Shown: piece after piece, positions 1 through 13,412 of the stretch
How positions within the stretch are numbered: position 1 is the first letter of the stretch
How the letters are laid out: each line of letters opens with the position of its first letter
NCBI GenBank assembly: GCA_043228905.1
Contig: JBHGNT010000004.1
Coordinates: 4,464,001-4,528,000 of the forward strand
DNA length: 64,000 nucleotides
Source: Azolla caroliniana
Taxonomy: Eukaryota; Plantae; Polypodiophyta
Direction of reading: 5' to 3'
Program-made: the position numbers and the translations under genes
Notes under the pieces: model-generated
What the model was told of the DNA's origin: nothing
What the model saw: only the letters and a program-made list of their open reading frames with translations
Database searches by the model: none

Positions 1-1101
1 CTCGGGTACATGTCGGACATTGTGAAGTACAAGTGTAGAGCCACCTGCAAGGTTGAGCTCTACTGTGCCGATTCCGATGATGTCACAGTGTTGCGAGTTG
101 CCGACCCGAACTGAGTCGGAGTGACGGATCGTATATTGCCGAAATTGAGATCGATGAGGAGTCACGTGAAATGACGCGCCCGAATCTAAGAGCCATGTGC
201 TCGATTCTTCAGTCGTGAGCAGAACTTCTGATCCGACTGGATTTTCGATTGATAGTATATTCGGGTCGTCCGGTAGTACATCAGCTGAGAAGCTGACGTA
301 ATTGATCTCCTCATGCCGGCCACTCTTCTTGTTGTTCTTGTTCTTGAGTGAGCGGCAGTCGGCTTTGATGTGTCCGGGTTTCTTGCAATAGTTGCAGATT
401 CGGTTATCCCGTGACTGGCTCCGTCTTCGCTGATTGTTCGGCGGCCGTGAGGAATCTCTTCCTCGTATGTTCGATCGGTCTGTCGAACCTTGTACTACGT
501 AAGCGTCGTCTGTTGAGTCTTTGGCGAAAGACTTTCTCCGAGCTGCTTCGGTCAGGATTGCGCTCGTGACTTCGGAGTATTTAACAGCCGTGGTTGACGC
601 GTTGCACACGGTTGTGACGAAAGTTTCCCATGATGAGGGAAGGCTGCTCATGAGTATCATTGCTCTGAGTTCATCCTCGATTGCCGTCCCCTGTGACGAG
701 ATTTGGGAGCTTATGCTTTCGTACTCATTGAGGTGTGCTTGAACCGAATCGGATTCTTTCATCCGCAAGTTGTAGAGGCGCCGGATCAGAAACATCTTCG
801 TTGCGGCGACCTTCTTTTCGTAAGTGTCCGACAGTGTTTTCCACAGTTCGAATGCTGTCGTACACGATTGCACCGTAAAGTATACCGATTCCGATAGGTG
901 CATCCGAATCGTGGCGCGGACGATTCTGTCCAGCTTCTGCCACTCAATTGGTTTGTATCCTTCTGGAGGTTCTTCATTTTCGATGGGATCGATTTGCCCC
1001 TTGACTATGAGATAGTCCTGCATTTGCTCCTTCCAGAAGTTGAAGTTCGATCCATCGAACTTTCGTAGACTCATCTCTGACGAGCCGGATGTTGATGCCA
1101 T
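1..1101 (-). CDS. Copia gag-protease polyprotein, open to the window edge
   Basis: Manual translation from ATG 1101: MASTSGSSEMSLRKFDGSNFNFWKEQMQDYL..., zinc knuckle CNYCKKPGHIKADC, protease WLLDSGASFHVT. No stop before base 1, so it is absent from the ORF track. Confidence 0.9.
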   Translation of the reverse strand, partial: MASTSGSSEMSLRKFDGSNFNFWKEQMQDYLIVKGQIDPIENEEPPEGYKPIEWQKLDRIVRATIRMHLSESVYFTVQSCTTAFELWKTLSDTYEKKVAATKMFLIRRLYNLRMKESDSVQAHLNEYESISSQISSQGTAIEDELRAMILMSSLPSSWETFVTTVCNASTTAVKYSEVTSAILTEAARRKSFAKDSTDDAYVVQGSTDRSNIRGRDSSRPPNNQRRRSQSRDNRICNYCKKPGHIKADCRSLKNKNNKKSGRHEEINYVSFSADVLPDDPNILSIENPVGSEVLLTTEESSTWLLDSGASFHVTPHRSQFRQYTIRHSDSVRVGNSQHCDIIGIGTVELNLAGGSTLVLHNVRHVPE

Positions 1102-1852
1102 CAAATTCGGTTTTGGTTGACGAAGCTCGGTTCGGAGTTGACTACGAACCTTGTTGGAGTGCAGCCGGTTGGCTCACCCGATATCGTTCTAGTCGGATTT
1201 GAACCCGAGTCGGTTCGGCTTCGGAACTTGCTCGAATTGACTCCGGTAGCTTGAGGGACAGAACCGACTGGTCTTCCCGAATGTTGCCGAGTCGAAGTGA
1301 GCCCGGTTCGCTTCGGATATATATACCGAATACCGATTATTGAAACCGATTATCTGGACCGATTCGGCTTCGGGTGACTGCAGCGACGAGAGAGATGGAT
1401 CCAACTGATCCTCTCGAATGTCTATCAGCCGGATGAAGCACGAATTTGGGGTTGTTGTCTTGAGATCGATCTGCACCGAGTGGTTACAACGAGCGGCGTT
1501 TGATTACCTCTTCGGATGCCGTTTAACCGGGTGGAGCACGATCGTGTCAATGTTGCACAAGGGGATTTCACCTCGAGCGGTTACGATCACAAGGAACGGA
1601 GTACAACCTGCTGGCTTACTCCAAGCAAAGATGATCTAACGCGATGAGATGCAAACCTGGTTTTTCTTCTTCTTCTCTCTTCTTCGAATGACGCAGGAAA
1701 CCGAATGCTGAGACGACGGCCGACAGCGGATTGAAGGACCGACTACTGTGCAGGCTCTGATACCAGATGTTGTAGACAAGGTCGTCTTTGCGGAAGATCA
1801 AGAAGCATTCGATTCCTGTTGAATACCTGCGTATGACAGAATCTAGGTCGTT

Positions 1853-1886
<34 letters not shown>

Positions 1887-2062
1887 ACAAAAGACTCTTT
1901 ATTTCATAAAGCAAATAATACAACAACCAACAACAACTTATGAAAAGGTTACAAGGTCACTATATATAGTGACCGACTTAGGGCAACTACCCTTTATGCT
2001 AATTACAAGAATGGCCAAAACGGGATAGTGTGAATACGTCCATTATACACATGTATTCGACA
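1..2062 (-). mobile_element. Ty1/Copia LTR retrotransposon, 5' part (runs off the window start)
   Basis: LTR 1768-2062 (TG..CA). PBS TGGTATCAGAGCC (tRNA-iMet) at 1753-1765 on the minus strand. gag-pol follows. Sits against a Copia RT fragment at 2063. Confidence 0.92.
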
Positions 2063-2250
2063 GGGCACTCCGAAACAAGTGGGTGTACAAGCTAAAAACG
2101 GGAGATGTCGGAAACCCACTGAGATACAAAGCCCAGATCATGTTGAAGGGGTTCCCGTAGAATAAAGGAGTAGATTTTGATGAGATCTTTGCCCCGATAA
2201 TAAAGATGACATCCATCCAGACGGTATTGGGCATAACGGCAAGCATAGAC
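2063..2250 (+). pseudogene. Copia reverse-transcriptase fragment
   Basis: Encodes ALRNKWVYKLK...RYKA..; clearly homologous to the RT start of the Copia at about 29090-29280. Confidence 0.85.
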
Positions 2251-5200
2251 GTGTGTGCTCACCCTTGTACATTCAGTGTGAATAACGAGGGCACCTTTAT
2301 GGCGCCGAAGAGCAGTCAAGGCGGGACAGACGATCCCATGTAAGTCGGGATTTGTCCCACATTGTAACGCATCCCTCTCCTTGTTCTATAAAAGGAAGGG
2401 AGCACCCTTTGTGAAGGGGTTGCCCATTTTTGCATTAGAGGGTATACCGTTAGATTTAGGGTTAGTGACATTTCTTTTCTTCTTCTTCTTCTCCCCCTTT
2501 GTGTTCGCTTAGGGTTTGCTTCAGATCGTCTCCTACGCAAGACCCCGCTCAACGCGACAAGCCCGTGAGCTCCCTGACCGGCGGCTTGGCAGCTGACGAC
2601 TACTGTAACCTACCTTGGTCCGGCTCGAAGCCATGAATGTATTCTTCCTTATATATATATATATATATATATAGTTGCGTCGGTCTGTGTATATTCGCGT
2701 CTCTGTTGGTGTCGGGTGCTCCCCTTTCCTGCGTTTCCTGTACATAAGGGCGTGAGTCGAGTTGGCCTATGTGTGTGTGTGCGCGCGTGCGTGTGCGTGA
2801 GTCGGTGTCAGCGCGCGCTCCCTCTCTTTCTCTCTCTCCCTTCGGATGCTTCCGGTGCGCTCCTGGGACGCCTCGGAAACGGTGAAGTATGAATTCCTAC
2901 GCTCCGTCGCTCCCTAGTCCAAGACCCCCGTCGTCCCGCCTTTCTCCACGCACCGCATAGCAACAGATAAGGGCGTAAAACGGACGGGCGATTCTTTGTG
3001 TCTTCTCACACTTGCTCCCGAGACGATGGCAGTCGGGCCCGGGTGCCCACGTGAGTGCCAAGCGGAGGAAGGCGGTGGCGAAAGACCAAGAATTACCGGC
3101 GAGACGACACGGGGAAGGAGCAGACGAAAGCCCTCGGACCCGATTCCGGAGAACTCGGCTTTCGGGCCCGTATGCCCATGTAAGACCGAGGAGATGGATG
3201 GCGGTACCAAGGAGTCCTGGCACGATGCCAGCGAAGATGGATGGGAAACGACCAGCGAGGAGGCCGAGGACGAAAGCGGCACGAGATGATCGGCATTCCG
3301 ATTCGGAAGGAGCAGAATCCGATCGTGGATTGTTTGATCGGGGCCGGATTCGGCATGAAGGTGCCGATACGGAAGAGGGTGCGGGACGAGCCGCCCTCTT
3401 TTACATGGGGAGAAAGACCGACCAGGCGAAGGTCGAGAATTCGAAGGAAGGTGATCAAAGGTTCGGAACGAGTCTGGGAAGGTCGGCGTTGGAGCCGAAA
3501 CTACGGACATTGGAGAATCAAGCTCAAACGGGGCTTGATTGATCACAGAGCGGATGCTATCCACCGACACCACTAGAAGGGGCGGTGGTCCGAACGAGTC
3601 CCAGAAAGACGTTGCAAAATCGGTTACCCTGCGTCCTATCCGGAGACTTCGGCAGTTCGGCCAACGTGGCAACGTGAGACCGAAAGAGATGGAGGATGGA
3701 GGCAAGAACGCGAAGAGGAGGGAAACGACGAGTTCAGGAGAAGTACAAGGGATGAAGAGAACAAAGACCAGTCCCATGAGATCTTCGCACCAATCCGGCG
3801 GTCGGCCGAGTGCCGGCGGGAGTCCTATAGGAGAGGTCGGTGGCGACAGGAAAACGGGACTCGGCAATCCGGAGAATGACGAATGGACCTAGACGAGAAC
3901 CGGGCGGTGCGGACTCCTGGATGACCATTCCGGGAGGGAGGAAGAGAGCAAGCCTACGAAGAGGCCGAGGACACGGTATGTCGGTACCACGGGAGAGGGT
4001 GCGGAGTAAACCGCCCTCTCGGCATGCGGAAAAGGACGATCCGAGACAGGGTCGGGAAGACAAATCGGAGGCCCAAGGAGGATCCTTCACACCGGCTCTA
4101 GAGAATTCGGCGGTCGGCAACGCGGCTGACGTAAGACCAAGATACTGACGATGGCGGCGAGGTGACGAAGGAAAAGGGCTACGGATGGGCGGTCTACGGA
4201 GATCCTCACACCGATATGGCGGTCGGCCCGAGAGCCGGCGTGAGTCCTATAGGAAGGGACGGTGGCGGCAGGTGAACGTGACCGGACGACGGAAGCAGAG
4301 AAAGAAAGTATCAGGGCGGCGGGGCGGCTACGAACCGAATCGGACCTTCCGGCAAGGTCAGTGGGCAAAAGGAAGTCCGGTCCTACGGGATCCCCACACT
4401 TAACCGGAGACCCCGGTAGTTCGGCCAACGTGGCAACGTGAGACCGAGAGAGAAGGTTGTTGGCGGTGGGAAACGGGACCCGACTACGCGGAAGACACGG
4501 GGAGAGTCCGGGAGGGACTCAAACAAAAGACACCCGGATCTCGGCAAGCGACGAAACGAAGACTGGTCTTATGGGACCCTCACACTGATCCAGAGACTCC
4601 GGCAGTTCGGCCAACGTGGCAACGTGAGACCTAGGGAGAAGGACGGTGGCGGCAGGGAACGGGACCCAACGACCCGAGGTAGCGGAAAGGGAGCCGGAAA
4701 GACGGGCGGACGAAGTGCGAAACCCTCACTGGCCGGTTACGGTTTCGGAAGGAGCCGGTAGGGTCAAACACGAGGAGGTGTGTCGGGCAGGAAAGGCACA
4801 CCTGGGGCGGAACAAGAGTCTCGCAAGTGGCCATCGCGGGTCGGATCGAAGCGTGATTGCGGGACAGTGTTCGGCACGGGCGGTGCCGAACAAAGGAAGC
4901 GGAAGACGGCACAAGGGAGGTGTCGGGAACGAGGTGACAAGTGCCTAGTGGACTGCACAGGGTCGGAGTCAGGGGATGACAATAGAGGCGGAGGAGGATC
5001 CTTCACACTCGCTTCATAAATCTCGGTGGCTCCGTCGAAGTGGCGAAGACTGACACGGGAAGCCCGGGTGGCAAGCTGGTGGGGGCGAGGGGACAACGAC
5101 AAGCGGAAGACTCAGGACCTGTTGCAGCAGCACGAAGACGGGAAGGGCCAAGCGGGCCACTACGGGCGTTCCTCAAGCGGAGGACATCGGGCATGCGGCG

Positions 5201-6529
5201 AAGAGCGGGGCGTTCATACGGCCGAACAAGGGCCAGCGGGGGTACACGTACTACGGAGATCACGACAGAGGACCCATCGACGGGTCGAACGAACCTACAG
5301 GGAGGTAAGCGCGAAGGAAGAATCAAAGCCGACGGATCAAACCGGCAGCGAGCCGGGATGTGGATCACGGAAGACCGGTTTCTCACCGGCCGAAATCTCT
5401 CACCCTTCACCGAATTTGGCACGTACCGGTGGACGTGCGGTTTGGTGGGGGGGGATGTCGTGAAGAATTTCGGCCAGAGGCGGAAACCGGGAAACATTGG
5501 CTACATCGGCGGGGTGCAGCGTGTGTGCTCACCCTTGTACATTCAGTGTGAATAATGAGGGCGCCTTTATGGCGCTGAAGAGCAGTCAAGTCGGGACAGA
5601 CGATCCCATGTAAGTCGGGACAGACGATCCTATGTAAGTCGGGATTTGTCCCACATTGTAACGCATCCCTCTCCTTGTTCTATAAAAGGAAGGGAACGCC
5701 CTTTGTGAAGGGGTTGCCCATTTTTGCATAAGAGGGTATACCGTTAGATTTAGGGTTAGTGACATTTCTTTTCTTGTTCTTCTTCTCCCCCTTCGTGTTC
5801 GCTTAGGGTTTGCTTCAGATCGTCTCCTGCGCAAGACCCCGCTCGACGCAACAAGCCCGTGAGCTCCCCAACCGGCGGCTTGGCAGCTGACGACTACTGT
5901 AACCTACCTTGGTCCGGCTCGAAGCCGGGAATGTATTCTTCCTTATATATATATATATATATATAGTTGCGTCGGTTTGTGTATATTCGCGTCTCTGTTG
6001 GTGTCGGGTGCTCCCCTTTCCTTCGTTTCCTGTACATAAGGGCATGAGTCGAGTCGGCCTGTGTGTGTGTGTGTGTGTGCGTGTGCGTGAGTCGGTGTCA
6101 GCGCGCGCTCCCTCTCTTTCTCTCTCTCCCTTCGGATGCTTCCGGTGCGCTCCTGGGACGCCCCGGAAACAGTGAAGGGTGAAAGCATGCGAGTGGAAAC
6201 AATTAGCTATGTCCTTGACATAGCTAATTAGCTATGCAAAAAGCTACCATTGATAAATAGTCATTTTAGTAAAAAGCCATCATTAATAAATTAAGTATGC
6301 AAAAAACTACCATTGAAAATACTAGAGTGTTTTAATTACATATGTAAATGAGTGCCATAAATGTGCAACATAAATTGATGTGTGCACCATAAATGTGTAC
6401 CATAAATTATATATCGAATTCCTAGGTCCATTATGCATGATCCTTTGCCACATCACGTAGGCCATCTCTAGTTGAGTACTGTGGGTTAGTTGCTACCACT
6501 GTTGCTAAACCCTATCGAGTCCACCTGCC

Positions 6530-7260
6530 GCCACTCTACACTGAGGGGCCGCTACTGTGCGTTCCAAGCATCATCAAAGAGCTGCTCAATCTGACGGGGT
6601 TCTCTTCTCTGTGACACTCTACACTCAGGGGCCACTACTGTGCATTCCAAGCATCATCAAAGAGCTGTTCAATCTGAGGGGGTTCTCTTCTCTGTGCCAC
6701 TCTACACTCAGGGGCCATTACTGTGCGTTCCAAGCATCATCAAAGAGCTGTTCAATCTGAGGGGGTTCTCTTCTCTGTGCCACTCTACACTCAGGGGCCA
6801 TTACTGTGCGTTCCAAGCATCATCAAAGAGTTGTTCAATCTGAGGGGGTTCTCTTCTCTGTGCCACTCTACACTCAGGGGCCGCTGCTGTGCGTTCCAAG
6901 CATCATCAGAGAGCTGTTCAATCTGACGGGGTTCTCTTCTCTTTGCCACTCTACACTCAGGGGTTGCTACTGTGCGTTCCAAGCATAATCAAAGAGCTAT
7001 TCAATCTGACGGGGTTCTCTTCTCTTTTCCACTCTCACTCAGGGGCCGCTACTGTGCATTTCAAGCATCATTGGTAACTGTTCAATCTGACGGGGTTCTC
7101 TTCTCTTTTCCACTCTCACTCAGGGGCCGCTACTGTGCGTTTCAAGCATCATTGGTAACTATTCAATCTGACGGGGTTCTCTTCTCTATGCCACTCTATT
7201 CTCAAGTGCCTTCTATGTGCGTTTCAAGCATCATTGGTAACTGTTCAATCTGACGGGGTT
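6530..7260 (+). repeat. Subterminal ~83-bp tandem repeat, about 9 copies
   Basis: Unit CCACTCTACACTCAGGGGCC..CTGTGCGTTCCAAGCATCATCAAAGAGCTGTTCAATCTGA..GGGTTCTCTTCTCTGTG. ORF-track starts recur at 83-bp spacing (6557, 6640, 6723, 6806, 6889, 6972). Confidence 0.95.
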
Positions 7261-7599
7261 CTCTCCTCCATTGCCATCATTCTATACTCAGTTGCCACTA
7301 CTGTCCAGTCCCGGATTGCTTCCACATTTCGATTTGACGGAGTTCACTCATCCAACGGCAACATTCTACACTCAGTTGTTGCCATTGGTCGGTCTTGGAT
7401 CGCCTCCTCAACTATTGGATCCAACAGAGTGAAATCCTCTACTGTTCGGTCTTGGATTGCAATAACTTTTCTGTCTATTGATTATCTTGTGTATTGTTGT
7501 GTCTAATCTTGTGTATTGTGTGGAATATTTTTGTGTATTGTTGTTGCCCATAGCCATCTTTAATACTTGTTTTTTTTTCTGGAAATTTAGGGTTTTAAC

Positions 7600-10500
7600 A
7601 TGTCTAGCCAAATGGAAGGGGAAGAAGGGTGTTTAGAATTACCCCTCAATGATCATAAGGATAGGGATGATGTTATCAGGACACAACAAGCCATACGAAA
7701 CTATTGGGCAGAAAAAAAAGGAAACATCGTCAATTGTTGAAGGATACGAAAGCCACACTCAGTAAAGGTAAGGATAGTTTAGCTGAGAATGTAAGTAATG
7801 CGACTACCATCATAGAGAGAAAGGTTGTAGACTATTTCAATGTTCAAACCAAGCACATCAGCAATGAAGAAAAGAAGGTAGTACTTTATGGAATATGTAA
7901 TGATCCATCGATAAAGGACTTAGTTGATTGTGATGGTCTTAATGCAAACATATCATCTATTTTAGTAAATAATCTTCGTAATAGTTTCGTATCCATGAGC
8001 AGGTCAGAAGATGATCTTGTCTTAAAAAGGTCTAGTCTAATGATGTTACTTAATAGTGATGTTGACGATATAAACATCAGTGAGCTATCTAAGGTAATTG
8101 GTGTTAGTAGAAAAACAGTGTACAATACAATGAACCGTATAATTTCCTCGGGTGAAGGAACTAGTCTACTAAAGCTAACTACAAGATGTAAGCCAATGAC
8201 ACCCATAACATTTGAAATCAAGGATGTAATCACAATGTTTTGGACTAATGAGAGTAGGGTTTCACCCAATAAAAAGGATTTATGCAGGAAACGTGTTGGA
8301 AGAAATCAATACGAGGAGCATCCCATTCATCTTCTTGATGTACCTCAGGTATTTACATTTATCTCAACATTTGTTTTGACTCTACTCGGAAAGTTAATTA
8401 GCTCAGTTAGCAGAAAAGCTAATTAGCTTATCAGCTACATTTACCTCAGTTAGCTACTAGGATCGCTACTACATAGGTAACTAGCTACTCTCAATAGTTA
8501 CTACCATGATAGCTAATTAGCTATTCTCAATAGCTAATTTAGGTACTACCAGATAATTAGCTGTACTGCTAGCTAGTTAGCTATCATGGTAGCTAGTTAG
8601 CTATTTCGTTATTACCAGCTAATTAGCTACTAGGAAAGCTAATTAGCTACCATGATAGCTAATTAGCTACTATGATAGCTACTACATAGGTAACTGGCTA
8701 CTCTCAATAGCTACTACCATGATAGCTAATTAGTTAGGATAGCTAATTAGCCACCATTATAGCTAATTAGCTACTAGACCAGCTAATTAGCTACCATGAT
8801 AGCTAATTAGTTACTAGGACAGCTAATTAGCCACCGTGATAGCTAATTAGCTACCATGATAGCTAATTAGCTACTATACCAGCTAATTAGCTACCATGAT
8901 AGCTAATTAGTTACTAGGAAAGCTAATCAGCCACCATTATAGCTAATTAGCTACTAGACCAGCTAATTAGCTACCACGATAGCTAATTAGCTACTAGACC
9001 AGCTAATTAGCTACCATGATAGCTAATTAGTTACTAGGAAAGCTAATTAGCCACCATGATAGCTAATTAGCTACTAGACAAGCTAATTAGCCACCATGAT
9101 AGCTAATTAGCTACTAGAGCAGCTAATTAGCTACTAGGACAACTAATTAGCTACTAGGACAGCTAATTAGCTACCATGATAGCTAATTAGCTACTACGAC
9201 AGCTAATTAGCTACCATGATAGCTAATTAGCTACTAGAATAGCTAATTAGCTACCATGATAGCTAATTAGCTACTACGACAGCTAATTAGCTACCATGAT
9301 AGCTAATTAGCTACTAGGACAAGCAATTAGCTACTAGGACAGCTAATTAGCTACCATGATAGCTAATTAGCTACTACGACAGCTAATTAGCTACCATGAT
9401 AGCTAATTAGCTACTAGAATAGCTAATTAGCTACCATGATAGCTAATTAGCTACTACGACAGCTAATTAACTACCATGATAGCTAATTAGCTACTAGGAC
9501 AACTAATTAGCTACTAGGACAGCTAATTAGCTACCATGATAGCTAATTAGCTACTAGAATAGCTAACTAGCTACTAGAATAGCTAACTAGCTACTAGAAT
9601 AGCTAATTAGCTACTAGGATAGTTAGCTAGTTACGAGAATAACTAATTCCCCTTTATTACGCAGGTTGATTTATTTATTAGGTTCAAACGAATGCATCCA
9701 ACTATCAAAGTTCAACTACGAACATTCGAGTCTCTTAAGCCACACTTTGTGAGACGCTTAAAGGATCGATACACATGTTGTTGCATTTACCATGTACAGA
9801 TGGGTTTTCTGAAGGACTCTGTTAATCTACTACGTCACCATAGCGCATCCCTAACTAATACAGTTTGCACATGTGGGTGCCCAATCTGTCGATCAAGCCC
9901 GCAAGAGGAGTGTAAATCATCTGAGCACGTTATCTCTTCCATGAGTTATTTATTAGATTCAATATTGTGTCCGAGAGAATCTGATGCTATCTTCCATATT
10001 CATAAATGTGTCATGGGTTTATGTCAAGATTGTGGCCCTACTAGATTTAGGTGGTGTCCAAATGAATTGAGTAGTGAAATATTGATCTCTGTGAAGTTAT
10101 TTGAGTCAGTGAACACCAATTTCGAAGGAAAGGTGTGTAAAAGAAAGGATCTAGTTCGGAAGATGCTTAAACCAAGGGATTTGGTGTCTCTGTTTGTAGT
10201 ATCTCTAGGAAAGTTCATTAAACACAACTTCATTTATTCATGGCAGGCCCATCAGTTTAAGACTTGCATATCTGATTTCCCAAATGATGTAGTAGTCTCA
10301 GTAGTAGATTTCGCAGAGAATTATACTTTCAAGCAGCAGAATGAAATTCAATCTATGCATTGGTGTTCAGTTCAGGTAACCATTTTTGTGCACATAACAT
10401 ATTTTCGAGTTTCAGGTGATGTTAAAAAAGTAATTCATTTCTTTATTTCCGATGATAAGAAGCATGATACCTTGTTCGTCCAACACTGTTTTAAGTTACA

Positions 10501-11506
10501 TTGGCAGTGGTTATTAGCTCAACGTTTGGAGCTTACTCAACATTGGGTCTGGTCTGACGGAGCTGCGTCACAATTCAAGGCTCGACGTCCATTTTATTTT
10601 GTGGGGAGGTATCCTGCTATAACAGGTTTAGAGATGAGATGGAATTTTTTTGGGTCTGGCCATGGTAAAGGTGAACATGATGGTGCAGGGGCTGTTATAA
10701 AGCGGGCACTTACCCATGAACAACTAAAGACAGATGGTGTGCACATGAATTGTGCATCACATGTAGTTGAATTTTTAAGAACAAATATGTCGACGAGTGC
10801 CACAGGTGTTTATTCCTCGCAAGTTCGAGATATCAAACGTGAATTTTGGGAAGTGAAGATAGATGAAGTAAATAGGGAGAAGACCTGGGAGTGCCAAGGA
10901 ATTCCCGAATTGCGATCTCTGCATGCTGTTCGCGGTTATTCCAGGTTGGATGGTCATTGTATTGCGGTTAGAGAATTGACTTGTTTTTGCTTCCATTGTG
11001 TGCAGGGAAATTGGAGATATTGTCTAAACAAAGCATACATTCAGAATTGGGAGTATCACACTCTGAATGATAAGGAAGCAGTTGATGGAGAAACAGGGCA
11101 GAATGCTGACTTCACATATGAGGGACTTGGAGATACTTTGAGTGATGTCCTGAACGTTGGGGATAACTTCACTGTAAATGCTGAAGAAGGTAATTCAGAG
11201 GGTGCTGATTTCTATATATTAAAGTGCACGGTTAGTAAACAGTGTGCAAGGCAGAATATTGTAGATGCATGGGGAAATTTTGTATCTGCCGGGACATTCT
11301 ACATCGAAGGCATTTTTTATGCAAAACTAGATGACTACGAATATGTGTACAGGCTGTTAGAAGACAAACCAGCGGCGTATATGTACTCTCATTTGGTCAG
11401 ATGCATCAACGTCCCAATGTCAGAATACAATAGCTGCTCCGGTTTATACACTGTTGGTGCTAATGTGTATGAATGTATTTACAATAGTATGCCATGGAAT
11501 TTGTAG
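7600..11506 (+). CDS. Spliced transposase (exon about 7600-8348, intron 8349-9664, exon 9665-11506)
   Basis: Phase-0 join DVPQ|VDLFIRFKRMHPTIKV with CAG/GT donor and GCAG acceptor. Motifs CCCIYH, VVDFAENY, EIQSMHW, SDDKKHD, WSDGAASQFK, FFGSGHGKGEHDGAG. The ATG-7600 frame needs one extra A in the A-run at about 7712-7719. Confidence 0.85.
8390..9640. repeat. Intronic ~20-bp satellite with palindromic core TAGCTAATTAGCTA
   Basis: Dozens of AGCTAATTAGCT units separated by short spacers (ACCATGAT, ACTAGGAC). Confidence 0.97.
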
Positions 11507-11985
11507 CTACAAGTAGCACTTACCATGTTCTCTTGTAAAACAAACATGTATTTCGCGAAAACAGATCAATAAATTCGTTTGGAATCAATTTCTTGTATAC
11601 AGTCTGCTTTCTGTGCTTCTTTCTCAATAAAATCATGTCTTTTTTGTTAAGTTTTAAGTTATAAGTTATAGCGAAATAGTCATCAGTAGCTAATTAGCTG
11701 TACAAATGCAGCTAATTAGCTGTACAAATGTATTTACAATAGTATGCCATGGAATTTGTAGCTACAAGTAGCACTTACCATGTTCTCTTGTAAAACAAAC
11801 ATGTATTTCGCGAAAACAGATCAATAAATTCGTTTGGAATCAATTTCTTGTATACAGTCTGCTTTCTATGCTTCTTTCTCAATAAAATCATGTCTTTTTT
11901 GTTAAGTTTTAAGTTATAAGTTATAGCGAAATAGTCATCAGTAGCTAATTAGCTGTACAAATGCAGCTAATTAGCTGTCAATAGC
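11474..11985 (+). repeat. ~255-bp tandem duplication of the transposase stop/3' UTR region
   Basis: TGTATTTACAATAGTATGCCATGGAATTTGTAG... occurs at 11474 and again at 11729. Confidence 0.92.
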
Positions 11986-12108
11986 TAAATAGTCATCAAT
12001 AGAATGAAATCAACAATCTGCAACATATTCCTCAAATTACACAGTAGATAAGTACAGTGGGAACAAGTAATTAAATTCTTCATTGAATAATGTCATCTCT
12101 TTACATAT

Positions 12109-13163
12109 TTATAAATTACCATTGGAAATGTCTACAAATCTCCTATAAACAGCTAAGCTCTTGCTAGTCAGTGGAACGAGTCTACATATATTATCCGCAT
12201 ATTGAGCTCGGTATGGAGTCCACAACCATGCACCTAGTTGGCAGCTCACTGTTTGCACCAGGTACTGTTCAGGCATTTCCTCGGGTAGAATGAGACAGCA
12301 TCTCCGAATATTGAAGTAGTGTCGGAAATGTTATGTATCCAAAATCAATGTATTGTCAGCATTATATTCAGGCCAAGTAGCCCAAAAATCAGAAAGTCTC
12401 TTGAATCTTGCAGCTTCCATCTGCTCACAATTTTCTCGTGCCCATTGACCTTTAAAACGACTTCGCCATTTTGGGAAGAATCTTGCCAAACACTTCCACA
12501 CATCTGATTTTGGTTTTTCACTCCAAATAAACAAATCAAAGTACTCCACAGCCCACTCTAGAAACTGATTTGCGTCCCTCCTTGGCTGCATATATCTCAC
12601 ACTCATCAAGACTTTATCCAGCTCCAAGATCAAGGCTCTTCTTTCGACTTCTAGTGGTTTAGGTTTCCATTCCTGAAACTGAGCCGCTGTTACACCATTT
12701 TCTGGTAGGATACGATCAATCTCAATCAGCTCAGGTTCGGCTGACACAACTGGTGTCCTTTTCCTCTTTAAACCCCTAGTCGACTGTGTTGGGCCTAGCT
12801 TCACATTCTGGTGCTCTTGTTTTGTCGACTTAGTTATCAATCCTTGGATTACCTCAGTGCATGTAGCTACTGTTCTGCTCGATATCAGTCCACTGGTATC
12901 ACATGCTGCATCTACCTGCAACACCAAGTCATCCGTGCTACATGCTGCATCTACCTGCAACACCAAGTCATCCGTGCTACATGCTGCATCTACCTGCAAC
13001 ACCAAGTCATCCGTGCTACATGCTTGATCAACTTGTGTGACCAGATCACTTGTGTCAGTTGCTACATCTACTTTCAAGATGGGGCCCTTTAAACATGCCG
13101 CAACATCAACAGTATCCACACTGCCATTGGCCTTACGAGCAATAGAATCAAACCCTTTAGACT
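12109..13163 (-). pseudogene. FCP1/SCP(NIF)-like HAD phosphatase-domain cargo ORF with 13-aa repeats
   Basis: ALILELDKVL...RRDANQFLEWAVEYFDLFIWS...FKRLSDFW...NTLILD. In-frame TAA at 12331-12333, then the frame continues to a stop at 12109. 39-bp repeats (DLVLQVDAACSTD) at about 12900-13050. Confidence 0.65.
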
Positions 13164-13412
13164 CTGCAACATCAGAAAACACCAACATATTCACACTCAC
13201 AAAGTAACTAATAGTCTCACAAAACAATATCCTGAACATCAAAGAGTTTCAGTCATAGAACAACACTCTTCAAATTATCTTGGAAAAACATCATAGAGTT
13301 CCATTACATAATGTGGATCAAGCAACAACCAATCTGAGGTTTTACTTGTCCAACAGGATAGTAAAACTTCATAAAACCCTAGCAAAATCCCTAAGCTAAC
13401 AATCATATCCAA

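Noticed and set aside
2897-5555. Many overlapping ORFs in the family A interior (also 30458-32931)
   Set aside because: GC-rich repetitive sequence with few stops, no recognisable domains, and frames not preserved between the two copies.
6557-7253. Series of near-identical 60-90 aa ORFs
   Set aside because: Artefact of the 83-bp tandem repeat (unit length not a multiple of 3).
8390-9640. CRISPR-like look of palindromic repeats with short variable spacers
   Set aside because: Spacers are 6-10 bp and recurrent rather than unique, there are no cas genes, and the context is a eukaryotic intron. It is a satellite.
12331-12333. Premature stops as U-to-C RNA-editing sites
   Set aside because: That editing is organellar; this is nuclear TE-rich DNA where C-to-T decay explains the stops.
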